Positions 56,395 through 64,000 of a stretch of 64,000 nucleotides of DNA are shown in pieces (positions within the stretch are counted from its first letter, which is position 1; each line of letters starts with the position of its first letter). The notes beneath the pieces are model-generated. The model ran no database searches and was not told the DNA's origin. It saw only the letters and a program-made list of their open reading frames with translations. This DNA is from a virus, in IMG/VR virus record IMGVR_UViG_3300025087_000053, positions 1 through 64,000 of that record. One strand, written 5' to 3'. The position numbers and the translations under genes are program-made.

Positions 56395-58641
56395 TTAGTA
56401 AGCAACCGACCTAGAGTCTATTCTAATTTCTTCATTTATTGTGTCGACAATAATCTTCTTAAATACCTTGCCGTCTAAATTGAGAGAAATATGTACCTCT
56501 TTCCCACTTCCGCCTCTCTTCGCACCATCAAAATTATTTGAAGTAGAACGAAGGCCAGAAATAGATTTGCCAAAAACCCCCAACAAAGCTGCACCCGGAG
56601 CACCTATCATGGCAAACCCGGCCAACGACAAGGCCAAAGCAGACACACCAGAAGCCGTTGAAAGAAGTCCCGCTCCAATATTAAACCAATTCATATTTGA
56701 AAAAGAATCAAAAAACTTTAACATCTTGTCACCGGCCATATCGGCAAAGCCGGTTAAAGAATTAACCATCATGCCGATCCCTTCCGCCGCTTCTCCAATA
56801 CCTTTTGCTGCAACACCAAAAGAAACAAATGTTACAGAAAGAGCCAACAATGTGCCAATAGCCGCTAGTCCAACAGGCCCCATTGCGCCAAGAGTAAACA
56901 ATAAAATTCCTGTACCTACCGTAAACGCTCCCAATGCTCCTACAACTCCCCAAATTTGAGCAGGGTCTAATTCTTTAAACGAAGCTGCAATATTCGAAAT
57001 GCCTTTTGAAGCAATCCACACAGACGCACCAATTGCCAAAATAACCCCCGCCATACTCCACAGACTAGGACCAGCCGCTTTAGCTGCAGCCCCGGTGCTA
57101 GCCATCCCTCCAGCAACCGTACTGCCGCCAGTAGCAGCGCCGCCCCCCCCAAGAACAGAAGCAATACTTTTTAAATTAATAAATAAACTTCCAAAAAAGC
57201 CGACTCCCTTTATGGCAGTTGCAACACCAAAAATGGCCAACAACCCTCCTGGATGTTCAGAAACAAGTGTTTGTATCGTTGTAACTATCTTCTCTAAAGT
57301 GGGATAAATTTTTTCTACTAGGGGAAGAATAGTGTTCCCCAAAGAAACCAAAGTGCTTTTAAGTCTATCCGATAGTGTTCTAGCATCTTGAATCAATTTA
57401 TTCATGTCTGCCTGTTGTTCATTATATTCTTCAAGACCAGCAGAACCGGCATTAAATAGCTTTGCTGTTGTCGCCGTATCTAGTTCCAAAATACCAGCAA
57501 TGGCTTCTTGTTCTTGACGAGTTAATTGCGAAAACTCCAACCCTGTTGCTTCAAATTGCGACATTAGATATGGAAGTTTTTCATCTAAATCTAATGTTAG
57601 CAAATCAACACTATTAACAAGGTTTTGCCCCAACATCGCATTTAATCTACCCGCTGCCGTTGCTGCCCCTTCAAACGTATCAAATTTCTTTGCAGCACTC
57701 ATCAGATCTTCAACAGAAGTTCCCGCATTCCTCGCCTGAATTGCCATGTTTTTAAACACAGACGTCATTCTGTTCCCGTAACTGGCAACCATTGGAGCTG
57801 CGCGAGAGAAAGAAGAAATCATTTCTTTCGGAGGAAGGCCCATGGAAACAGCGGCTTTTACCATGCTCTCTTGCATTTCGAGAGCGCCTTCGGAAGTTTG
57901 ATTTAATGCCTTTGTCGCAAGATTAAGAAATTCTGCACTTTCTTCGGCAGAAATACCCAAATATTCCAACTTCCCCGTGGACATAATAAGTTGTTGCTGA
58001 ATTTGAGCCCCTTCTTTTCTAAAGTCCACCATAGAAGAATAAAGAGCGTTAATAGAAGATTCCGCTTGATCAAAGCCAACACCCCAAGCTTGACCTTTTA
58101 GAACAACGTCATTCATAACAGGCATAAATTTTCTTCCTGTGCCTGTCAGTTTCGCAATAGAAGCGGCAGCATCATCGGACGCCATAACTGCTTCTTGAAA
58201 CCCTCTTACAAATTTATTGCTTATGCCCTTGGAGATTTCGTTGATTCCCGAAATTATAGCTTTTCTTTTTCCTGGCTGAGTAAACAAAGAAAACGTTTTA
58301 ACAATAACTTTATCTAAAAGGGTCATCTCTCGGTTTGTATCCAAGAAGAGATCAAATAATTGTCCATAAGACTCTTTCGATTGCTCTATTAGCTTTATTT
58401 TCTTCTCTAAGAGAGGGATAGATTCCTGCAGGGTTTTTAAATCTTTCTTGTTCTTCTCTATTTCCTGCTCTGTAAGCTTATTAAGCTCCTCTTTCGAGGT
58501 AAGAATTTCAACAAGCGCTTTTCCCCTGTTCCGAGCTAGTTCTAGTAAATCTTTTTCGTGTTTGATAGAGTTTAGATATTCCGAATTTAATTCTTCTTGA
58601 AGTTTAACAGCATTTTGAGATATGGTAGATTTAGTTGCCAT
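56395..58641 (-). CDS. tape measure protein
   Basis: 748 aa Ala/Gly-rich helical protein with a hydrophobic region; FDTFEGAA..AGRLNA; follows the chaperone genes. Confidence 0.75.
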   Translation of the reverse strand: MATKSTISQNAVKLQEELNSEYLNSIKHEKDLLELARNRGKALVEILTSKEELNKLTEQEIEKNKKDLKTLQESIPLLEKKIKLIEQSKESYGQLFDLFLDTNREMTLLDKVIVKTFSLFTQPGKRKAIISGINEISKGISNKFVRGFQEAVMASDDAAASIAKLTGTGRKFMPVMNDVVLKGQAWGVGFDQAESSINALYSSMVDFRKEGAQIQQQLIMSTGKLEYLGISAEESAEFLNLATKALNQTSEGALEMQESMVKAAVSMGLPPKEMISSFSRAAPMVASYGNRMTSVFKNMAIQARNAGTSVEDLMSAAKKFDTFEGAATAAGRLNAMLGQNLVNSVDLLTLDLDEKLPYLMSQFEATGLEFSQLTRQEQEAIAGILELDTATTAKLFNAGSAGLEEYNEQQADMNKLIQDARTLSDRLKSTLVSLGNTILPLVEKIYPTLEKIVTTIQTLVSEHPGGLLAIFGVATAIKGVGFFGSLFINLKSIASVLGGGGAATGGSTVAGGMASTGAAAKAAGPSLWSMAGVILAIGASVWIASKGISNIAASFKELDPAQIWGVVGALGAFTVGTGILLFTLGAMGPVGLAAIGTLLALSVTFVSFGVAAKGIGEAAEGIGMMVNSLTGFADMAGDKMLKFFDSFSNMNWFNIGAGLLSTASGVSALALSLAGFAMIGAPGAALLGVFGKSISGLRSTSNNFDGAKRGGSGKEVHISLNLDGKVFKKIIVDTINEEIRIDSRSVAY

Positions 58642-58644
58642 TTT

Positions 58645-58995
58645 TTATTTCCCAAAAGGCCACTTAATACCTGTTGTCTTCTGAAAAGAATCAACAGCCT
58701 TTGAAAGCCAAGATTTGCTTGCATATGTCTTGGGATTGTCTAGCCCATATTTTGTTATGGAGTCGACATAGCCCTTTTCTCCAGCAATAGCCTTAGAAAA
58801 TAAGTCTACTTGCTCTTTGGTCCCTACAATTTTAACAGGAATGGCAAAATCCGACCCAAATAGTCTTTTAAGAATATTCTGTATTGCCACACCAAGAGAC
58901 CTTGTAAATCTATCCTCGTTTATTTTATCTTTTTCATTTAAATTAATGCGAATTTCTTGTAGTTCTTGGTCTTTTGACATGGACAGTTCTCCCAA
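58645..58995 (-). CDS. conserved hypothetical protein of the tail module
   Basis: YGLDNPKTY...F.K.TGIKWPF; ACTAATTA motif upstream. Confidence 0.65.
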   Translation of the reverse strand: MGELSMSKDQELQEIRINLNEKDKINEDRFTRSLGVAIQNILKRLFGSDFAIPVKIVGTKEQVDLFSKAIAGEKGYVDSITKYGLDNPKTYASKSWLSKAVDSFQKTTGIKWPFGK

Positions 58996-59039
58996 AAAGA
59001 AAAGATTTCTTTCTCAAATAATTAGTGATTTCTTATTGT

Positions 59040-59241
59040 TTATGGATGATTAAAGCTGGGAGGGCCACTATTTTTCTTTGGCTTCTCTTCTTCCAGCTTT
59101 GCAGATAGTTTCTCGATCAAAAATCTTCTTAATCCAACAGACATATTATAAGACGTTAATATCGAAATATTCCCGTAATATGCCAATAAAAACATCGCCT
59201 CCCAAGCCTTTTCCACATATTCATCATTTATTCCAAAAAAA
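59040..59241 (-). CDS. tail assembly chaperone C-terminal extension (frameshift product)
   Basis: frame opens across the T7 run (FFGINDEY...YNMSVGLRRFLI). Confidence 0.55.
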
Positions 59242-60081
59242 GCTGTGGTCAAGCGGAACCTCCGAGTCCGCTTCGAACCCACAAGAACAAGCAAAATGAT
59301 ACTTTCTCTTAATATCAGGAGCCACTTTAGAATAACAAAAAGTTAAATGGGCCGAGTCTACCATCGGAAGCTTTTCTAATGCTGTACGAAGGAATACGGC
59401 AGTCCTGGGGTCATTCTTTGCTATCTTCTCCCCCTTTTCGTTCTCAATGGAAACAACGGCAGTTTCTAGCACAGAAAGATTTGTCAATTCCTTAATCTTT
59501 TTTTGTTCGTCTCGGGTTAAAAGCTGAAATTGTGCTTTCCATTTGGTTTTGGGAAGTTCTATTTCATATGTCTTTGGGCCGGTTTTTACAATTACTTCGT
59601 CCCCTTCTGGCATACCTGGGGCTAGCTCAAAACTGTCCAAATCTACGGAACTATTAACTCTTTGCCCACAAGATGGACAGCCCAAAGAAAACTCATATTT
59701 CGGAGATATGGATTTTGACCGAGAAGCAATAACAATTGCGTTAATATCGGCAGCCAACAGCTCTCTCGGGTTTATGTGTTTATCCACCAAGATATGAGCA
59801 AGAAATTTATCTATTGCAAGGTCTTTTTTCCATAAATCTTTGTTGGAAAGAATATCCTCGTCTTTTGCTGTCATATGATAAATTTCAACGAATTCAGCAT
59901 CTTTCAGAGGGTGCCCCTCTGGATAAAATCTTCCTTTACTTGGGATTTCTATTGTTTCCGTCTCAACAGGAAGATCAAACCATCTTGTTTTTTCTTGTGT
60001 TGGCGGAGGGTTGAAAGCTACATCTTCTTCTGTTGTTTTTTGATGCGCTCCCAAAAGTCGTTCGTCGTTTCTTGTTGCCAT
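59224..60081 (-). CDS. baseplate/tail assembly chaperone (T4 gp26-like)
   Basis: IPSKGRFY, MTAKDEDIL, CPSCG, CSCG; ends FFW on a T7 run. Confidence 0.75.
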   Translation of the reverse strand: MATRNDERLLGAHQKTTEEDVAFNPPPTQEKTRWFDLPVETETIEIPSKGRFYPEGHPLKDAEFVEIYHMTAKDEDILSNKDLWKKDLAIDKFLAHILVDKHINPRELLAADINAIVIASRSKSISPKYEFSLGCPSCGQRVNSSVDLDSFELAPGMPEGDEVIVKTGPKTYEIELPKTKWKAQFQLLTRDEQKKIKELTNLSVLETAVVSIENEKGEKIAKNDPRTAVFLRTALEKLPMVDSAHLTFCYSKVAPDIKRKYHFACSCGFEADSEVPLDHSFFWNK

Positions 60082-60172
60082 GTTTTATTACCTTCTGGCG
60101 AACTTTCGCCAATGCTCATGCTGCGCTGTCTACAGCCCTTCAAACACATAAAATATATCTCACATAAGTCGG

Positions 60173-60363
60173 TTTCGTGTGCTATATTTACAATGTGTCG
60201 AAGATTTATACTACGACTTATGAAAGAACCGCCGCCTTGGCGGGGATAGCCTGCTGTCAAGAAAGCTCTGGTTCTGGCCTTACGGCCAGAATGAAACTCT
60301 CTCATGGGCAGGAATTGAGTAGCCGTGTTAGCTAAGGAGTTCATGGTTTAAGTCTCAAAGGGG
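60173..60363 (+). mobile_element. non-autonomous TnpB derivative, copy E (left end degraded)
   Basis: promoter, the same deletion junction, scaffold and right end GTTTAAGTCTCAAAGGGG all conserved. Confidence 0.85.
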
Positions 60364-60426
60364 ACCTAGATTAGCACATTAAATAGGCTAATGTGAGGAT
60401 TTTAGCAAGAAGAGAAGAAATAAACA

Positions 60427-60963
60427 TTACGGGAAAACGCGCTGACGAGTGGGAGGAGTGTTTAATTCTGCCCAATCGTAAACAATGGTAACTTCCACTT
60501 CTGAAAGCTCATCGCTGGAATAATCCAATGTTGAAGGGCTAACTGCCGATATCCAAGCATTGTGGAGCATCCAAGTTTCTGTTTCACCACCTTCCTCATC
60601 TAACTGCGCAATCTTTATTAAACCAAGACTTGCCACAGAACGACTTTTAGACATAGAATTGGATAAATCGGATTCGTTAATCGGAGGATGATATCCCGCC
60701 TTTGAAATATATTTCAAAAGAGACATTACCGTATCATCACCAAACCCAAAGTCTACAAAAGTAGCACTAATGTCCTGCCAAGACATAATACCAGGGAATT
60801 TAAATTTGTGCCCCATGTAGTGGTGTTCTACTGTATTGACTTCAAATTTAGGCTTATCGATCTTTTTTGCGGCAATTCTGGGAACTTCGCTGATGCCCAA
60901 ATAAACAACCCACCGAAAAGCTCTCTTAGTGTCCGCGCCTATTGCATCACGCCAAAAAGCCAT
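60427..60963 (-). CDS. tail tube protein (T4 gp19-like)
   Basis: KRAFRW, KFPG..SWQDI..TFVD, ETWMLHNAWI, LDYSSDEL..VEVTIVYDWA. Confidence 0.88.
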   Translation of the reverse strand: MAFWRDAIGADTKRAFRWVVYLGISEVPRIAAKKIDKPKFEVNTVEHHYMGHKFKFPGIMSWQDISATFVDFGFGDDTVMSLLKYISKAGYHPPINESDLSNSMSKSRSVASLGLIKIAQLDEEGGETETWMLHNAWISAVSPSTLDYSSDELSEVEVTIVYDWAELNTPPTRQRVFP

Positions 60964-60992
60964 ATTATTTCCTCTCCTCTAAGTAATTACAA

Positions 60993-63827
60993 TTAATCAT
61001 CAAACGATGCACCACTAGAAGTAATGTTAAACTCAACAGCCAGATATTCAATTGCCTTAGCAGGCTTCAAAAGAATCTTTGCATACATGATGTTCCTGTC
61101 ACGTAAATCAGGAGTCGTAGTGGTTTCGTCAAGAATGATTCTAAAGTCTTCTAGACCGTAGTTAGACTTCACGCTAGCCAGAAGCGGTTCTACTTTAGAG
61201 TAAAACTTTTGCCACGTCGCCTGGACGTTATTCTCAAATAAGATTCCTTTGCTTCTTGTCGAAATCTCTTTCTTCAGATAGATCATCAGACGACGGACAT
61301 TAATTCTGTCCAAAGCAGATTGAGTAGTCTGAAGTGTTTTCTGCCCAAAGATAACAATCCCCTCTTGTGGGAAAGAAGCGATAGGGTTGATATTCACTTC
61401 ATATAATTTATCTCTGTCTTTCTTGGTCAGTTTCGCACGAACGTTAACAACAGGAATCCCACCCGCACCATCAGTTAGACCACCTCGATTAAATCCAGCA
61501 GGAGCAAACCACAGCTTGGAATTCTTTTGTCCATAGGCGAAAGCCCCAATTGCCACAACCGAAGGAGGAACCCACAGAAGAGCGTCGTTAATTGTATCTC
61601 TGACTTGCACCCAAGAATAATAGGTGCAACCATAAGAACTATTAATTCCTCTTCCCTGCAGATTAGAAACAACCGTAGAAACAGTCCCAACTCTAGAACT
61701 TTCCGAGTCGGTGCTTTCTGCACTAGGTTTGTAATCCCCATTCAGATCGATTACAGCTAGAGAATCTCGTCTTTCTTCGCAGGCATCAATAATATATCCA
61801 GTTAGACCTTCGTTAGAAAGACCCGGCATCGACATAATATTGCACTCAACAACTTCGGGATCTCTTACGGAATCAACCGCTCTACGGATTGTGTTGTAAG
61901 CGTAGTTTGTTAATTCTGTGCCACCAGTTAGATAAGTATTTCTAAAAGGTTCCTTCTCGGTAACATCTAGACCATCAAATCCACCAAACAGAGGAGCTGT
62001 AAATTGATCAAACCCAGAATCAAGAACCGTCTTCCAACCAGCAGAACCAGAGGCAGTATAAGAAGTACCTGCCGTTCTATAAGTCGAAGCATACAGAGCG
62101 TTGGTAGAAGATGCCGGATCAACCTTCAAGTTATCCAGAGAGAACTTAAAAGAATGCTCTGTTAGAGTACCATCGGAAAACGAATCTAGATCTGATGGCA
62201 GAGGATAAACCAAATCTTTAAAACTCTTCTCAAACTTCGCAGAAGAACCGCTTTGACAAGTGTCAATGCCCCAGTAAGCATCTCTAGGAGAACTAAAATT
62301 TCCTGTTAGCCCCGTAGTTCTAAGAGCAACCGAGGGGAAGGCCAAAGAACAAGTAAATGCCGAAATCCCAGAATGTATTGCTTGTGTACCTACTGTTGCA
62401 TAAGTTGAATGAGGCACGCTACCCATACCTTTAACAAAGGCGGTTGCTCCCGGTGCACTACCGCTAGTCAAAGAAACAGTATTGCAGCGCAGTGGGCCAT
62501 AGAACCCAAAGGGCAGAAGAGACGCATCTGTTAGACCAGAGTCTACGTCGTCATTCATTACAACATAAACAAATTTGCTTCTATTGGTATAATCACCATA
62601 GGTCACATATAGTCTGTTGGTCTCATCCCAAGTTTGATATTTTGTACCAATTTTCTTGGCAACGTAGTTGGGAGAAGAGGGATCAAGATTACAACCCGTG
62701 AAGGTCTCTAGAACAACTCTCTTCCCATCGTTATCCGAGCTTTGACGAATGGTTACTGTAAATGAACCATATTGATAATCTAAGTTCTCGCTATATTTGA
62801 CATCTTCAACAGAGACTTTAATGTTCTTGCTTAGCCATTCGCCACCGTCCAAGCTAACAAATTTAAACAACTTTTGCATATCATCCGGATCGTAAGAGGC
62901 ATAATCAGTTGATAAATCTTGTGCAAAGAACCACCCGGTTTCAGCTTTTTTAGAACCCATGCGATAGTCTGCACCATCATATGAGCCGCTGCCAAGAGCC
63001 ATAATAAATCCATAACAATCACCTGCAACAGAACCAGCACCAACTGTATCTTTTAGATGCCTGTCGAAGGTTTGACCAAGCCAATAAGTTTTAAGTCCCG
63101 CTGTTGCAATAATGTCGTTATTCACCAAAGTCGGATTTGTATTAAATACTCTTCGAATATATTTCGCAGAATTATCAGAGAAATTAAAAGCCGTGGTCAG
63201 AACATCTGTACCAGACGAATTCGCGATTGTAGCCTTAAATTCATAATTTCCACCTTGAGATTTCACAAGAGCAGCAGCACCAGAGCCGGAAGCACCTACA
63301 ACGGTGTCATTCGGCATCGTACCGCTTAGGCGAATAGAGCCCTCATCAAGATAAAAAATCGCAGCTAATGATGCACTTCCGTGATTTGCCACAGAACTAG
63401 AAGCAACAACAAATAAACCATAGGCTCCGCCATTGGTCGCTTGGTCTACTGTAGGCTCTACCAGAGCCGTTGCCCAACCCGCCTCTCCGTCCGCAGTAGC
63501 GTTGGTATGCTGTTCGCCTAGCAAACGAACATAAGTAATGGGAGATTCGTTTTTCAACCACGCCCAAGCAGCATAAGCGCCGTAAGTAGGAGCTGTATAA
63601 TTACCATCTCTCCATACGTCACCACCCTTACCACCGGCAATAGGATTTCCAAAAATCTCCACAAACTCCGAAAAAGAATTAACTTTTACCGGACGCATAC
63701 CAGGACCGCGTTCTGCACGACCGATGATTGCTGGACCAATAGGAACCCCGGTTTTGGAAACCTGAGAATTATCGGTCTCTTCAATCATAATCGCCGGGGA
63801 AATAAAGCGGAATTTATCAATCGCCAT
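60993..63827 (-). CDS. contractile tail sheath protein
   Basis: FISPAI..EE.D, WFAPAGFNRG, INPIASFP, FGQKTLQ, ALDRINVRRL. Confidence 0.95.
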   Translation of the reverse strand: MAIDKFRFISPAIMIEETDNSQVSKTGVPIGPAIIGRAERGPGMRPVKVNSFSEFVEIFGNPIAGGKGGDVWRDGNYTAPTYGAYAAWAWLKNESPITYVRLLGEQHTNATADGEAGWATALVEPTVDQATNGGAYGLFVVASSSVANHGSASLAAIFYLDEGSIRLSGTMPNDTVVGASGSGAAALVKSQGGNYEFKATIANSSGTDVLTTAFNFSDNSAKYIRRVFNTNPTLVNNDIIATAGLKTYWLGQTFDRHLKDTVGAGSVAGDCYGFIMALGSGSYDGADYRMGSKKAETGWFFAQDLSTDYASYDPDDMQKLFKFVSLDGGEWLSKNIKVSVEDVKYSENLDYQYGSFTVTIRQSSDNDGKRVVLETFTGCNLDPSSPNYVAKKIGTKYQTWDETNRLYVTYGDYTNRSKFVYVVMNDDVDSGLTDASLLPFGFYGPLRCNTVSLTSGSAPGATAFVKGMGSVPHSTYATVGTQAIHSGISAFTCSLAFPSVALRTTGLTGNFSSPRDAYWGIDTCQSGSSAKFEKSFKDLVYPLPSDLDSFSDGTLTEHSFKFSLDNLKVDPASSTNALYASTYRTAGTSYTASGSAGWKTVLDSGFDQFTAPLFGGFDGLDVTEKEPFRNTYLTGGTELTNYAYNTIRRAVDSVRDPEVVECNIMSMPGLSNEGLTGYIIDACEERRDSLAVIDLNGDYKPSAESTDSESSRVGTVSTVVSNLQGRGINSSYGCTYYSWVQVRDTINDALLWVPPSVVAIGAFAYGQKNSKLWFAPAGFNRGGLTDGAGGIPVVNVRAKLTKKDRDKLYEVNINPIASFPQEGIVIFGQKTLQTTQSALDRINVRRLMIYLKKEISTRSKGILFENNVQATWQKFYSKVEPLLASVKSNYGLEDFRIILDETTTTPDLRDRNIMYAKILLKPAKAIEYLAVEFNITSSGASFDD

Positions 63828-63881
63828 AAGTTTTTCTCTCCTCTGCGCTCAAAGCTCCAATCCTTTTTAAGATTGGTCATA

Positions 63882-63890
63882 GTAAATAGT
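63882..63890 (-). promoter_or_regulatory. putative late promoter motif ACTATTTAC
   Basis: the same (A/C)CTA(T/A)TTA motif recurs upstream of other late genes. Confidence 0.5.
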
Positions 63891-64000
63891 TGATTTCTTG
63901 GCCAAAACGCGGAAGAAATAAGAGAAGTTTAATTTTCTTCGTCCTCATCCCAATCTAACATTACATATTCTCTAGGAATCTTGACTTCTACGATACTTTC

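Noticed and set aside
1-64000. Stop-codon reassignment as in some jumbo phages
   Set aside because: Long conserved genes are intact in the standard code, and TAG and TGA both end genes at their expected positions

Overview
This is a segment of a large (jumbo-type) myovirus genome rather than a bacterial chromosome. Nearly all genes are on the minus strand and read intact in the standard code. The left ~24 kb is an accessory/early region with sigma70-like promoters. It holds a 7-member paralogue family, a Cas12f (type V-F) nuclease with a structured tracr-like RNA and a 5-repeat CRISPR array with type I-E-like repeats, a candidate stand-alone ncRNA, Thg1, a J-domain-kinase/vWA/divergent PurA module, a tRNA-Arg-like gene with rearranged topology, and three ankyrin paralogues. 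The middle (24-50 kb) encodes GroEL/GroES/ClpP, an amidase, DnaE split by an atypical trans-splicing intein, dUTPase, tRNA-Ser, ThyX, class II RNR, helicase, 5'-3' exonuclease, RecA, SSB and a compact PolA-like protein. The right end is the tail module (baseplate, tape measure, chaperone, tube, sheath). One TnpB element family with terminal inverted repeats occurs five times: two full copies and three internally deleted copies that keep the promoter and guide-RNA scaffold. All assignments come from motif recognition by eye; no searches were run.
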